From an uncultured bacterium (GTDB taxonomy: Bacteria > Babelota > Babeliae > Babelales > JABCYS01): DNA of 64,000 nucleotides. The translations under genes and the position numbers were made by a program. The stretch spans positions 64,001 to 128,000 of the forward strand of contig CAVPKK010000004.1 in assembly GCA_963705705.1 (NCBI GenBank). Direction: 5' to 3'. This document shows, one piece after another, positions 18,514 to 29,333 of this stretch; the stretch's first letter is position 1, and each line of letters starts with the position of its first letter. Below the pieces are notes generated by a model, which was not told where the DNA came from, ran no database searches, and was given only the letters and a program-made list of their open reading frames with translations.

Positions 18514-19206
18514 ATGAACCTATCATTTAAAAGCCTTAGTCTTCTTTTGACCTTGGCTAGCCTTCCCCTATTGGCTACTTCATCAATCGGTGAAAATAAG
18601 CAAAATAGCGGATTATCCGATTTGCCTTTCATGAAGTCAGTAAATTTCTGCCTCCTAGCTTGTACTGATGCGCCCGTGGATATGGTCACCGAGTTTACGA
18701 ATAAGCTCATCGCATTTCGACAGGCTGAGACCAAAATTCCTGCTATGAAAGATCAGAAAAAAGCGCGACGCGATTTTACAAAAACGGTTGAATATACCTT
18801 ATTCAAAGATAAAGCTCAGTTTAATCTCGCTTATCAAGAAATTGTTAAAGCAACAAACGAGAGAACCGCCAACCCAATGAAGGATTTGTTGCGCGATTCC
18901 AGAATTACTTTTAAGCCAGAAGCTAAGAAAGTAATAACGGTTAAGGCCGATGGCACTATTAGAAGATCATTAGCATATGATTTAATTAAGAAAGCTGCCA
19001 TGGAATATTTCAAACAGCGTGAACTTGTCGGCAAAGATCCAAATTTTAAGGCATGGGACGATGCAAGGGTTACCCTAGAAATATCAATGAAGAAGTTTTT
19101 GAAAGCACAATTTGAAGATTTAGCAGAACTCAACGCATTCTACACCAAGAAGTCCGAGAATCTTAAAGCATTTCTTATTGGCCAGCTGAATGGTCCAAAC
19201 GAATAA
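18514..19206 (+). CDS. Exported hypothetical helical protein
   Basis: AGGAG SD, signal peptide, upstream TTGACA-17-TAGGTT (18444-18472). Confidence 0.75.
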   Translation: MNLSFKSLSLLLTLASLPLLATSSIGENKQNSGLSDLPFMKSVNFCLLACTDAPVDMVTEFTNKLIAFRQAETKIPAMKDQKKARRDFTKTVEYTLFKDKAQFNLAYQEIVKATNERTANPMKDLLRDSRITFKPEAKKVITVKADGTIRRSLAYDLIKKAAMEYFKQRELVGKDPNFKAWDDARVTLEISMKKFLKAQFEDLAELNAFYTKKSENLKAFLIGQLNGPNE

Positions 19207-19387
19207 CCGTTAGACTCAAATGATTATGATTAACTAAATTGCCATCTTACATACAGACGTTTAATATTCCTCTCATGGATTTTATGCCATGGGAGGATTT
19301 TTTTATGTTGCACAGGCCAAGCTTGGGAAAATTATTTCCATTATTTTGGTTTAGTCGCAGCCCATGGGCGCGGACTCTAATCCCACA

Positions 19388-19416
19388 TTGCAGCCTTTTC
19401 ATTTAGCTACTATGAT
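19388..19416 (+). promoter_or_regulatory. Putative sigma70 promoter of the MFS gene
   Basis: TTGCAG-17-TATGAT. Confidence 0.5.
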
Positions 19417-19453
19417 GCTTAGCCCCCTCAGCGGAATATCAAGGATCATAAAA

Positions 19454-20698
19454 ATGTTAATCAATCTTTCATTTCTAAAAACACACCGCGATTACCGATA
19501 CCTATTCCTGGGCCAAGCGATTTCGGCCGTAGGCAGTATGATGACCTATATCGCCCTGCCGTATCAGATGTATGAACTCACAAAGTCATCATTTTCCGTT
19601 GGCATGATCAGCATCGCGGAACTTTGCCCACTGCTCATTACAGCATTTTTAGGCGGGGCATACGCCGATCGGCTTGATCGCAGAAAGTTATTACTACGCT
19701 CAGAGTTTGCACTTGCCGCTGCAACTGCATTACTTGCGTGGTATACCTGGTATACCACCCCGAGCCAATGGGTGCTTTATATTGCGGCGGCTGTCATATC
19801 GGCCATTAACGGATTTCATCGGCCGGCACTGGAAGCGTTGACGCAACAATTAGGACGACCTGAAGATTTTGCGGATATTAGCGCATTGAATTCTCTGAAA
19901 AGCATTTTAGGATCAGTAGGTGGACCATCACTCGCCGGTTTTTGCATTGCGGTTTTTGGATTACCAGTGGCTTACCTCATTGATGCGGCAAGTTTCGCAT
20001 TGAGCCTACTGGCCATCATGCAAATAAAACAAATCACATTCGTGAGATCTGAAGCGCCCGTTGATTCGCCACTTACCGACATAAAGGAAGGGATACACTA
20101 TGCCTGGCAGCGGCAGGAACTGATTGGATCATATGCCGTCGATTTCTGCGCCATGATCTTTGGCATGCCAACCGCATTATTCCCGGCAGTTGCTGCTTCA
20201 TTTGCCGATTCTTCAATAACTAGCGCACAGGCTGTTGGATATTTATATTCAGCGCCGGCGGCGGGCGCATTGATTGCCACCATATTTAGTGGCTGGACAC
20301 ATCGGATACGATCATTTGGCAAGGCAATATCATTATCTGCACTAATTTGGGGCATCGGGATTATTGGCTTCGGCTTTGCCACTAATTTTTGGCTGGCAGT
20401 TGCATTTCTCATGCTTGCTGGAGCGGCTGATGCCAAGAGCGGAATTTTCCGGATGACACTTTGGAATATGACTATACCTAAACATCTGCGCGGCCGTTTG
20501 GCTGGCATTGAAATGATTAGTTATATGAGTGGTCCTATGCTTGGTAACGCCGAATCTGGTTTGGTGGCTGCTGCATTCGGCACCAGCTTTTCAATTATTT
20601 CTGGCGGTTTTATGTGTGTCTTGAGTGTTGGCCTGTGCGCACTCGCCCTGCCAAAGTATTGGCAATTTAGGTGGACGGGTTCAATCGAGCAGAGTTAG
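19454..20698 (+). CDS. MFS transporter (EntS/DHA3-like)
   Basis: About 12 TMs, GGAYADRLDRRK motif A; AAGGA SD before MLINLSF. Confidence 0.9.
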   Translation: MLINLSFLKTHRDYRYLFLGQAISAVGSMMTYIALPYQMYELTKSSFSVGMISIAELCPLLITAFLGGAYADRLDRRKLLLRSEFALAAATALLAWYTWYTTPSQWVLYIAAAVISAINGFHRPALEALTQQLGRPEDFADISALNSLKSILGSVGGPSLAGFCIAVFGLPVAYLIDAASFALSLLAIMQIKQITFVRSEAPVDSPLTDIKEGIHYAWQRQELIGSYAVDFCAMIFGMPTALFPAVAASFADSSITSAQAVGYLYSAPAAGALIATIFSGWTHRIRSFGKAISLSALIWGIGIIGFGFATNFWLAVAFLMLAGAADAKSGIFRMTLWNMTIPKHLRGRLAGIEMISYMSGPMLGNAESGLVAAAFGTSFSIISGGFMCVLSVGLCALALPKYWQFRWTGSIEQS

Positions 20699-20718
20699 AT
20701 TATTTTTGAGATAAATTA

Positions 20719-21153
20719 ATGAACTGTTTTACCATCGCACTCGCTTCGCAAACTGCTTTCGTCATCTGGTTTCTCATCACCCATTTCATTTCGCTGCCGC
20801 CTTTGAATGATCTTTCCAAAGAAGCATTTGCTGGTGAGCATAGAGTTAACTTTTTCTTACTTTGCTTGTGGGCTCTGGGAGTATACGGATTCTATAGCCG
20901 AGTACCATGGCATATGTGGGTTGCGGCAATCTTCTGCTGGACCATAACTATGATAGGCCATATCATGTCGTGGTGGCTTCCTTATTTTTTCGGTTGGCCT
21001 GCAGTCTTTCTCGAGGATGCCGTCGAAGATAATAAACGCACCTATCATTTCTTACCTGCCCGCGGGAATCACCCTATTCCAGATCTCAATCACTGCATCA
21101 TTGGCATATTGCTCACCACAGCCTTTATCTCAACCTGGTGCACGTTGCTATAA
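20719..21153 (+). CDS. Small integral membrane protein
   Basis: Four hydrophobic segments; WWLPYFFG...HPIPDLNH. Confidence 0.7.
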   Translation: MNCFTIALASQTAFVIWFLITHFISLPPLNDLSKEAFAGEHRVNFFLLCLWALGVYGFYSRVPWHMWVAAIFCWTITMIGHIMSWWLPYFFGWPAVFLEDAVEDNKRTYHFLPARGNHPIPDLNHCIIGILLTTAFISTWCTLL

Positions 21154-21178
21154 AAATAAGATACGAAAGTCATTTAAC

Positions 21179-22063
21179 ATGCATCTTAATCTCGATATTG
21201 ATTCAACGATTTCAGTTACCATTCGCGATAAGGAATATCCGGTTGCAGTTGCAGGAAATGGTATTCCATGTCTAAGTATCGGACAAGGAACATTTGGTCA
21301 GCTCACGCTATCAAAACATTTTAAGCACTATTTTAAGATCTATTCTTCAAATTTATATTTCGATAAGGAATATGCTTTAGATAACCCTTCGACCCTAACC
21401 ATGGATCGAATGATTGACGATATTAAAGAGCTTGGAGATCAGCTTGGGCTAACACAATATGTGCTCTTCGGCTTTTCGGCTTTTGGCATCATCACGCTGG
21501 AATTTGCTAAGAAATATCCCGATCTTGTTGCCGGCATTATCATGGTAGGAACCCCGCCAAATTCCAATCAATACGTAGCTGCTCGCAATAATGCCTATTT
21601 TGAATCCCATGCAGAACCAGAACGCAAGGCATTATATGCCTATCGGCGGGCAGAGGTCGCCAAAGAAGATCTCAGCAAGCTTGATTACTCAGCCAAAATT
21701 TTACGAACCTATGTATATCGCGATGCGCCGTTATATTGGCATAATCCAGATTTTGATTGCTCAGAAATTTGGCACCATATCCAGTTGGATGAAGCGACGA
21801 ACATCCATCTGTTTACGGATGTTCTTCCGAAGATAGATGTCATGAAAGGCCTCGAAAAGATACAATGCCCGATATTTCTTGCAGCTGGCCTGAGTGATTA
21901 TAATTGTTGCCCGTTCATATGGAAGGAAGTAAAGAATCTCCCCCCACATATGACGATTGTTGAATTTAATAAGAGTGGGCATTGGCCGATGTACGAAGAG
22001 CCGGCAGAATTTGATAAAGCTATAATCAACTGGATGAAAGATAATCCAAAGGCAAACATATGA
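21179..22063 (+). CDS. Alpha/beta hydrolase (proline iminopeptidase-like)
   Basis: GFSAFG elbow, [14 protein letters not shown]. Confidence 0.85.
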   Translation: MHLNLDIDSTISVTIRDKEYPVAVAGNGIPCLSIGQGTFGQLTLSKHFKHYFKIYSSNLYFDKEYALDNPSTLTMDRMIDDIKELGDQLGLTQYVLFGFSAFGIITLEFAKKYPDLVAGIIMVGTPPNSNQYVAARNNAYFESHAEPERKALYAYRRAEVAKEDLSKLDYSAKILRTYVYRDAPLYWHNPDFDCSEIWHHIQLDEATNIHLFTDVLPKIDVMKGLEKIQCPIFLAAGLSDYNCCPFIWKEVKNLPPHMTIVEFNKSGHWPMYEEPAEFDKAIINWMKDNPKANI

Positions 22064-22413
22064 ATCAACAAACCGCGCCAAATCTAATTTCATGGCAAGA
22101 CTTTGAAAAAGTAGACATTCGCATCGGCACTATTGTACGAGCTGAAGATTTTCCCGAGGCACGCAAACCAGCCTTCAAACTCTGGATTGATTTGGGAGAT
22201 CTGGGCATTAAACCATCTAGCGCACAGATCACGGCGCATTACACCAAAGATAATTTAGTCGGCAAACAGGTTATCTGCGTTTGCAATTTTCCACCCAAGC
22301 AGATCGGCCCATTTACCTCAGAAGTTTTGACCACCGGCTTCCCAGATAAAGATGGTGCGGTAGTTCTTGCAACGGCAACACAAGTAGTACCGAACGGAAG
22401 CAGATTGTTTTAA
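22060..22413 (+). CDS. csaA: CsaA export chaperone / tRNA-binding protein
   Basis: [34 protein letters not shown]. Confidence 0.92.
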   Translation: MNQQTAPNLISWQDFEKVDIRIGTIVRAEDFPEARKPAFKLWIDLGDLGIKPSSAQITAHYTKDNLVGKQVICVCNFPPKQIGPFTSEVLTTGFPDKDGAVVLATATQVVPNGSRLF

Positions 22414-22425
22414 GCCAGGATATTG

Positions 22426-23262
22426 ATGAAGAAACAACTATTAATTTTATGGGTCGGCATTATGAGCGCTACAATCACAAAAGCTAAATTATCGCCATTG
22501 CTACATGAAAACCCTTTCGCTTACAATCTTGGCGTGAAAATAATCCCGAGCAAGAAAGATAGTGCCGGCGTCATGATCTGTTGCCATGGCTACGGGCATA
22601 GTAATGATCTGGTGAATTCACTCCACTCATATCCAATTTCGGACCATTTAGTTGGATTCAACTTTCCCGACTACGGCATTACCAGTGCAATTGATCACAC
22701 CAAAAGTAAATTTGGAACCATCGATGAGCTATTACCGTTGCTCTATATGCTCAAGCGATGCGTGATTGATTTGAAACTTTCTGCCATAAAGCTGTACGGC
22801 TTTTCAGCCGGTGGCGGCGCGGTCGTTAATGCATTAGCGGTGTTAAATGAATCAACGTACGATAAACAGTTGCATAGTATTGGTATTTCTCCTACTGCTA
22901 AGAAAGCAATTTTAGGAGCGATAGGAAAGGGTCTAGTAATTCTTGATTGCCCGCTTAAATCGGTCGAAGAAATAATCACCTTGCGCGGGCTGAGCAAAGG
23001 ATTTGCTGCGCTGGCATCAAGCTACAAACGCAATAATATGCGGCCAATAGATTCCGCAGCGAGGATTGCCGGTGAATCGCTGAATATCCTTTTGTATTTC
23101 GAACAGCCCGACGACATTTTAGGCAACCAGGATGATCAATTATTCATTGATCGTTTAACCAAAGCAAACAAAGGGAAAACCACGGTTGTTCTTGGCTCTG
23201 ATGGCGGGCATAATGGCTATCATGCAGCCTTATGGCAGGCATACACAAAACGTCGAAAGTAA
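22426..23262 (+). CDS. Exported alpha/beta hydrolase
   Basis: Signal peptide, HGYG, GFSAGG, DD, GGH. Confidence 0.75.
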   Translation: MKKQLLILWVGIMSATITKAKLSPLLHENPFAYNLGVKIIPSKKDSAGVMICCHGYGHSNDLVNSLHSYPISDHLVGFNFPDYGITSAIDHTKSKFGTIDELLPLLYMLKRCVIDLKLSAIKLYGFSAGGGAVVNALAVLNESTYDKQLHSIGISPTAKKAILGAIGKGLVILDCPLKSVEEIITLRGLSKGFAALASSYKRNNMRPIDSAARIAGESLNILLYFEQPDDILGNQDDQLFIDRLTKANKGKTTVVLGSDGGHNGYHAALWQAYTKRRK

Positions 23263-23289
23263 TACATCACATGAAAAAGATTATCCAAT

Positions 23290-23718
23290 ATGATCAACTG
23301 TAACGGCAATAATTGCAATGGCACAAAAAGGCCACGCATTGGCATTGGCATCATGGTTGTAAAAGATAATAAGATTTTGATGGGAAAGAGAAAAAGCAGT
23401 CATGGCGCAGGATCCTGGGCGCCACCTGGCGGGCACCTAGAATTTGGCGAAACACCAGAAGCTTGTGCTGCACGAGAATTGTTGGAAGAAACGGGAATAC
23501 GGGCAATATCGTTACGTCCAGGCCCTTGGGTGAATACCATCATGGAACACGACAAACACTATGTGACGATTTATGTAATAGTCGACCAATTTGTTGGTGA
23601 GCCACAGCTTATGGAACCAGACAAATGTGAAGGATGGGATTGGTTTGCAATGAACCAATTACCATCACCGATTTTTATGCCAATGCAAAGTTTGATTGCC
23701 AAGGGTTGGCAAAACTAA
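23290..23718 (+). CDS. NUDIX hydrolase (NUDT15/MutT-like)
   Basis: GGHLEFGETPEACAARELLEETG, EPDKCEGWDW. Confidence 0.92.
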   Translation: MINCNGNNCNGTKRPRIGIGIMVVKDNKILMGKRKSSHGAGSWAPPGGHLEFGETPEACAARELLEETGIRAISLRPGPWVNTIMEHDKHYVTIYVIVDQFVGEPQLMEPDKCEGWDWFAMNQLPSPIFMPMQSLIAKGWQN

Positions 23719-23744
23719 TCTAAATTAAGTTGAAGAGGCTCATC

Positions 23745-24464
23745 ATGATGGAATACATCAATTTACTTGCGCTACCATTCGTAGCCATCGATTTGACGCA
23801 TACAATCAAACCAATAATACCGACTTGGGATGGCTCGTGCGGTTTCTCAATGGTAAAGAAAGTTGATTACGATCAATGTAGCGGAGTAGATAAATTTCGC
23901 GTACAGCAATTTTCTATGGCTGCCGGCATCGGTACACATATGGATGCGCCTGCACATTGTATTGAGGGCTCTCCAACAATTGATATGCTGAATCTTGGCC
24001 AATTAATTGTACCGTGCGTGGTAATTGATGTTTCTGCCCAAGCCGATGCTCAGTTCAGTTTGAACACAGCGAACATTATGGCCTTTGAACAACAATATGG
24101 CCCTATTAAATCCGGCTCATTTGTAATTATATATACCGGCTGGGATCAGTATTGGAATGACCCAGCTCGCTACCGTAACAATCTCGTTTTCCCCAGCATT
24201 TCGCCCGAAGCCGCAAATTTATTATTGCAGCGAAATATTTTAGGTATTGGCATTGATACCTTATCTCCCGACCGGCCGGATAATGGCTTTCCAGTCCATC
24301 GCATCATTTTGGGAGCCGGCAAATATATTGTTGAAAATATAGCGCATGCAAAGCAATTGCCTGCCACCGGAAGCACAGTTGTTATTTTACCGATTAAGGT
24401 TGATGGAGCTACTGAGTGCCCGGTAAGAATGGTTGGCCTCATACCAAAAGATCTTGCACAATGA
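23745..24464 (+). CDS. Cyclase family protein (kynurenine formamidase-like)
   Basis: GTHMDAPAH, GIDTLSPD, VHR, IVENI. Confidence 0.88.
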   Translation: MMEYINLLALPFVAIDLTHTIKPIIPTWDGSCGFSMVKKVDYDQCSGVDKFRVQQFSMAAGIGTHMDAPAHCIEGSPTIDMLNLGQLIVPCVVIDVSAQADAQFSLNTANIMAFEQQYGPIKSGSFVIIYTGWDQYWNDPARYRNNLVFPSISPEAANLLLQRNILGIGIDTLSPDRPDNGFPVHRIILGAGKYIVENIAHAKQLPATGSTVVILPIKVDGATECPVRMVGLIPKDLAQ

Positions 24465-24967
24465 AGATAACCATCAGACAAGCACGCCTTGAAGATGCAT
24501 CACATCTTGCACAGGCTGAACGAGAAATTGCTCAAAGGCCGGGCATGCTGGTATCGAAACCGAATGAACTAACTGATGCCCAGTTTCAAGCAACCATTGA
24601 AAAACTTTCGCAGCGCAATGATGGCCAATATTTGGTAGCTGAAGAGAATGGCAACATTGTCGGCCACGCTGTTTTAGTTCCTCTACATCTCGCAGCAATT
24701 AGCCATGTTGCAAATCTAACCTTGGTCGTTAATGAAGGCTGGCAAGGGAAAGGTATTGGCACTTTGTTATTACAGCATTTAATTGATTGGGCAAAATCAT
24801 CGTCGACTATTGAAAAGATTGAACTATCTGTTCGGGCGTCCAATGCACGCGCAATTGGCCTTTATAAAAAAATGGGATTTGTCGAAGAAGGCCGCCTCAA
24901 GAATAGAATCAAGATTGGCGCTCGTGAATATATCGATGATGTTTTGATGGCTTTCTTCGTTAAATAA
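24461..24967 (+). CDS. GNAT family N-acetyltransferase
   Basis: WQGKGIGTLL, NARAIGLYKKMGFVEEG; ATGA overlap with the cyclase gene. Confidence 0.9.
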   Translation: MKITIRQARLEDASHLAQAEREIAQRPGMLVSKPNELTDAQFQATIEKLSQRNDGQYLVAEENGNIVGHAVLVPLHLAAISHVANLTLVVNEGWQGKGIGTLLLQHLIDWAKSSSTIEKIELSVRASNARAIGLYKKMGFVEEGRLKNRIKIGAREYIDDVLMAFFVK

Positions 24968-24979
24968 GAATGTGCTAGC

Positions 24980-25020
24980 AAACAAAAAGGCCGACTCAAA
25001 TTGAGCCGGCCTTTTTGTTT
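24980..25020. terminator. Bidirectional terminator
   Basis: AAACAAAAAGGCCGACTCAA-A-TTGAGCCGGCCTTTTTGTTT. Confidence 0.85.
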
Positions 25021-25039
25021 GATTAACTAATCTTAACGT

Positions 25040-26662
25040 TTATTGGAAGCTATATTGCATATTAAGTATTGTACGATAGTTAGCAACGAACTTAGCGTTC
25101 TTTACGCGAGCATGATCATCCAAGCTACCGTAAGCCATACCAGTAAATTCGAATTCTAGACCCACTGAGAAATCGCTCATATTAAAGACAACTCGTGGTG
25201 CTACGCGAACTTGATAGTCAGCATTCATAATGTAACCATAAACGATCGGTTGGCCACAAGAATCAAATGCGCAGATTTTCTTTGTAGTACCAAGGGTTTT
25301 TGTGAAACCAGCAAAAATACCTGGGACAATATTGCGTTTTGAAGAAGCAAGATCAAACCATCCTGATACCGCTTGTGTTGGCGCATACTCTCTGTGATCG
25401 GTTAGCGGGTCGATGCTTGTTACTGCATAACCAGTCATACCGTATGCTTCTGCTAAATTTTGGGTGTATAAAAATTGTGTGCGCAAGGTAACTGAATCCC
25501 ACTCTCTAAAACCAAATATTGTGGCACTCACTGAATCAACATGCTCTTTTTCTTTGCGGCAATTAGGTTGCAGACATCTCGTGGAAGAAAAATTACAATC
25601 GGTTGCAATGCTACAGTCGTTAGTGGAAATATTGCAATTACTCCTAGTAATATTGCAATTATTGCTAGAAACATCGCAATTATTGCTGGAGATATCACAA
25701 CCGCTAAGTTCGCCAGATGTAGGACAAGAACCCTCAAAGCAAACATTACATGGATTGCATCCGGTATTACACGGAAGGATGGCTTGGCAACATTCGCCAC
25801 CTGAAATTGAAGATGTTGCAGTGCAACATTTTAGACCACCGGTATCAGCCATATCTTTACAGCAGGCAAGGCATGCTGCATTGCAACTGCCATTAGCAAC
25901 GCGTGGGACAAGGCGCTTATAGTCAACGCCAGCACCAAACAATGCTACATCCTGGCCGTCTTTTTTGCGCTCGTAATCTAATTGGAAGTATAAGTTTGGA
26001 ACGATGGCATTACGAATGTATTGTGTCGTTGTGCCTTGAGGACCATTACTTGCGTGTAACTGACCTTGGCTCAATGCAGCAACCATGAGTCCAAATTTGC
26101 TTTCGCAATGACCTGCAGTGAATTTATAACGAAGTTGTGGCTGAGATAGGAAGATAGCAACTGGAGCACCAAAGCCAACACCAATTACTTGTGGTTGGGT
26201 AAGGCCTGGTTGAATAGGGTGTGCATCATAACCAAAAAGGATGTGATGATAATCGTCAATCACATCATCAAGCTTAACATACGCCGAATCAAGTTGTGCT
26301 TGACCCATACCACCTGCGCATGGCATTGCGCCAACAAAGTTAAACGCAATATTTGCGGTAGGTTGGAACCCACGGAAAGTAGTACCGGTAACGTTTACTT
26401 CTAAGAACGAACTCCACGTGTTCAAACTGAACATTACCTTCGCATTCATGTCTCTGCCTTCGGAATCGTAACACTTTTCCGCAGGCGCTGTCATGATTAG
26501 GTTATCAAACAAACCGGCAACTTGTCGGGAATCTAAGAACGGTTGGAATTGTACGGAACCACTCCAATCAATATCTGCTGCTACAATAGCTGCTGGAGCT
26601 AAGAGAAAAGCCAGAACAACTTTTGTTTTTCCATTACGACTGAACATTCTTTGTTCCTTCAC
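25040..26662 (-). CDS. Outer-membrane beta-barrel (DcaP-like porin) with Cys-rich insertion
   Basis: Signal peptide, amphipathic beta-strands (AYVKL, PQLRY, GAGVDY), C-terminal QYSF; Cys-rich insert. Confidence 0.65.
   Translation of the reverse strand: MKEQRMFSRNGKTKVVLAFLLAPAAIVAADIDWSGSVQFQPFLDSRQVAGLFDNLIMTAPAEKCYDSEGRDMNAKVMFSLNTWSSFLEVNVTGTTFRGFQPTANIAFNFVGAMPCAGGMGQAQLDSAYVKLDDVIDDYHHILFGYDAHPIQPGLTQPQVIGVGFGAPVAIFLSQPQLRYKFTAGHCESKFGLMVAALSQGQLHASNGPQGTTTQYIRNAIVPNLYFQLDYERKKDGQDVALFGAGVDYKRLVPRVANGSCNAACLACCKDMADTGGLKCCTATSSISGGECCQAILPCNTGCNPCNVCFEGSCPTSGELSGCDISSNNCDVSSNNCNITRSNCNISTNDCSIATDCNFSSTRCLQPNCRKEKEHVDSVSATIFGFREWDSVTLRTQFLYTQNLAEAYGMTGYAVTSIDPLTDHREYAPTQAVSGWFDLASSKRNIVPGIFAGFTKTLGTTKKICAFDSCGQPIVYGYIMNADYQVRVAPRVVFNMSDFSVGLEFEFTGMAYGSLDDHARVKNAKFVANYRTILNMQYSFQ
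25576..25699 (-). repeat. Degenerate 21-bp tandem repeat encoding C-x6 heptads
   Basis: CDISSNN CDVSSNN CNITRSN CNISTND CSIATD CNFSSTR. Confidence 0.85.
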
Positions 26663-26823
26663 TACGATGGGTTAACCGATGCAGGATGTGCATGACACAC
26701 TCATGACTATCTGCAACAATGCGTGACACAATATCAACGAATTCGCAAAAGTAAAGGATTATAGTTTTTGTGATATTCTGATGAAGTGAAAACAATAGTC
26801 TGTAAAGCCATGAGGAATTTCTG

Positions 26824-27507
26824 ATGAAACAAAAAAGGTATTATTTGCAATCCACTTTCATATTCGCTCTAGCGCTTATAAGCTCGTTGTGCGCAATCAG
26901 CGACAATGTACAAGCACACAATCTAACTGATATTCAATCATTGAACTCGCACATACGCGCGCATATCATTTATGCAACCGAAGAAAATTTTACCAAGACA
27001 AGAGTCTACCCAAAGAATGCACGCGCCTATTTACTGGAGCATGTTGCACAGGCTCTTAATAAAGTACAAGAGGATCTGGAAAAAGAAGGTTTGGGTTTAT
27101 TAGTGTGGGATGGCTATCGTCCTCTGCAAGTTCAAGAAATATTCTGGACCATCTGTCCTGATGAAAATTACGTGGCTGATCCAAAAAAAGGATCTAAACA
27201 CAATCGCGGTGCCGCAGTTGATTGCACATTGATACATCTTAAAACTGGTAAAACTTTAAATATGCCTACATCGTTTGATGATTTCAGCAAAAAAGCTTGG
27301 CGGTCGTCAGGCATTGGCGATGGGCTCACCAAAGAACAAATTGCAAACCGGCAAAAACTAGAAGATGCGATGCACAAGCGTGGGTTTAAAGGAATACCTA
27401 CAGAGTGGTGGCATTTTGATTGGGCTGAAGCCGCTGAACATCCGGAGCGATACCCAATTTTACAGGTGACTTTCGAAGAATTGCAAAAGGATAGTAAAAC
27501 AGCATGA
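26824..27507 (+). CDS. D-alanyl-D-alanine dipeptidase (VanX/DdpX, M15D), exported
   Basis: DGYRP, SKHNRGAAVD (SxHxxGxAxD), EWWHFD. Confidence 0.92.
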   Translation: MKQKRYYLQSTFIFALALISSLCAISDNVQAHNLTDIQSLNSHIRAHIIYATEENFTKTRVYPKNARAYLLEHVAQALNKVQEDLEKEGLGLLVWDGYRPLQVQEIFWTICPDENYVADPKKGSKHNRGAAVDCTLIHLKTGKTLNMPTSFDDFSKKAWRSSGIGDGLTKEQIANRQKLEDAMHKRGFKGIPTEWWHFDWAEAAEHPERYPILQVTFEELQKDSKTA

Positions 27508-28454
27508 GCATTCTGTCTGTTCGCAACTTAACCAAAACATTTACAACCAAGCGCTGGTTTAAGCCCAACGAATCATTTACAGCAGTGAATGATATTTCGT
27601 TTGATCTCGCGCAAGGTGAAATATTAGGTATTCTCGGTGCAAATGGCGCTGGCAAAACAACGACCATTCAAATGCTACTTGGTCTGCTTACGCCGACAGC
27701 AGGCAATATCAATTATTTTGGCAAGGATCTTGCAACTCATCGCAGCGAGATTATGCAAGATGTAACTTTTGCTTCTGCATACCTCAAATTGCCGCAAGCG
27801 TTGACAGTGTACGAAGTGCTCAATTTCTACGGAAAAATTTATAGCATGCCAGCAGATATGCGACATGAGCAGATTGAGAAAAATTTAAAATTTTTTGAAA
27901 TCGAAAGCTTACGAGATAAGAAAACTCGCACACTATCAGCTGGACAACTTTCGCGCCTTACCTTAGCTAAAGCATTTCTACCCAAACCAAAAATCGTTTT
28001 ACTCGATGAACCAACCGCAGCTCTTGACCCGGATATTGCTATTGTTGTTCGCAAGTTTGTAGCGGAGGAACGCAAAAGAAGTGGCACGGCAATCATTCTT
28101 ACTTCCCACAATATGGCCGAAGTTGAGGAGCTATGTGATCGGGCAATTGTATTTAAACAAGGAAAAATTATTGCTTCCGCAAAACCTGATGTACTTACCG
28201 CCACTATCAAATTCTCACATGTTCATTTGTTAGTAACTGATATTGCCAAGGCAATTATGTTTGCCGAAACTACTGGTTATCCTTTTAAAATCGAAGGTAA
28301 TTTCTTGGATTTTGAAGTTGCCGAGCAGAGGATTCCTGAACTTCTTAATAATGTTATGCAAGCAGGCATACAATACACAGAAATTTCTATCGAAAAGCCG
28401 ACGCTTGAAGATTACTTTCTTAGTATTGCAGCAGGCAATATAGGAGCTCAGTAA
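27504..28454 (+). CDS. ABC transporter ATP-binding subunit
   Basis: GANGAGKTT, LSAGQ, LLDEPT, SH. Confidence 0.95.
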   Translation: MSILSVRNLTKTFTTKRWFKPNESFTAVNDISFDLAQGEILGILGANGAGKTTTIQMLLGLLTPTAGNINYFGKDLATHRSEIMQDVTFASAYLKLPQALTVYEVLNFYGKIYSMPADMRHEQIEKNLKFFEIESLRDKKTRTLSAGQLSRLTLAKAFLPKPKIVLLDEPTAALDPDIAIVVRKFVAEERKRSGTAIILTSHNMAEVEELCDRAIVFKQGKIIASAKPDVLTATIKFSHVHLLVTDIAKAIMFAETTGYPFKIEGNFLDFEVAEQRIPELLNNVMQAGIQYTEISIEKPTLEDYFLSIAAGNIGAQ

Positions 28455-29236
28455 TGCGCATATCACGAATTTTAGCAGTTACTTATCGCAGCTTCAAAAC
28501 AGCCTACCGCGACCCCAACAATATCAGCAATATTCTCTATTTTCCTATTATTGATGTACTCATGATAGGATTTGTTGGCGCGTGGGCACAAGGCGGTACA
28601 GGGCATGGTGGTATAATGACCTCTGTTCTTGCCGGTGTAGTAGCTTGGAGTACGATATTTCGGGCTTCAATGGATGTTGCTGTCGGATTCCTTTTAGAAA
28701 TGTGGGATAGCCATCTTATTAATTTATGTGCGACGCCATTGAATATTGGCGAAATAGCATTAGGCCATATGATTAATAGCAGTCTGCAATGCGTCGTTAT
28801 TTTTTGTTATAGCTCGCTGCTCATATTGTTTTTCTACGGCATCAATATGTTTGCTCCTGGGCTCGCTCTTCTACCATATATTGCCCTTTTCATGGTATGT
28901 GGTTGGTTCATTGGATTATTAAGCTCAGTAGTTGTTTTGTATTGCGGACGCAACACAGGAACATTTGCTTGGAGCACACCGTGGCTATTCGCTACAATCA
29001 GCGGAGCTTACTCGCCAACATATTTATTCCCTGTCTGGTTACAAAAAATTGCGGGATTTCTACCCACAACCTATGCTTTCCAAGGGATGCGTGACCTGGT
29101 GACCAATAATACGTGGTCTGTTAGAAATTTAACTATCGGATTCGGTTTGGCCTTCATCTACTTCGCCCTGGCCTTTGTATTAGTTTCATATATCTTTGAG
29201 CGAAGTAAGAATAAGGGCTTGGCTCGTCTCGAATAG
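28454..29236 (+). CDS. ABC-2 type permease
   Basis: Six TMs, FP.WLQ.I..FLP.TYAF..MR. Confidence 0.88.
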   Translation: MRISRILAVTYRSFKTAYRDPNNISNILYFPIIDVLMIGFVGAWAQGGTGHGGIMTSVLAGVVAWSTIFRASMDVAVGFLLEMWDSHLINLCATPLNIGEIALGHMINSSLQCVVIFCYSSLLILFFYGINMFAPGLALLPYIALFMVCGWFIGLLSSVVVLYCGRNTGTFAWSTPWLFATISGAYSPTYLFPVWLQKIAGFLPTTYAFQGMRDLVTNNTWSVRNLTIGFGLAFIYFALAFVLVSYIFERSKNKGLARLE

Positions 29237-29333
29237 CTCAGGAGTGCGTAGGACCCGAGCATAGCTGCGGATTCTAATGAGCCTCTTTCAATAATGAGAA
29301 TAGCTGAGTAATCGTTATACACGTAGGGGAAAA

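Noticed and set aside
1552..24967. Integron-like cassette array (many short GNAT/NUDIX/DUF genes, mostly on one strand)
   Set aside because: No integrase, no recurring attC structure (RYYYAAC...GTTRRRY), and many genes overlap directly
25576..25699. Possible CRISPR array
   Set aside because: Degenerate coding tandem repeat with no spacers and no cas genes
26824..27507. Vancomycin resistance cluster
   Set aside because: Only a stand-alone VanX/DdpX-type dipeptidase; no vanH, vanA, vanR or vanS
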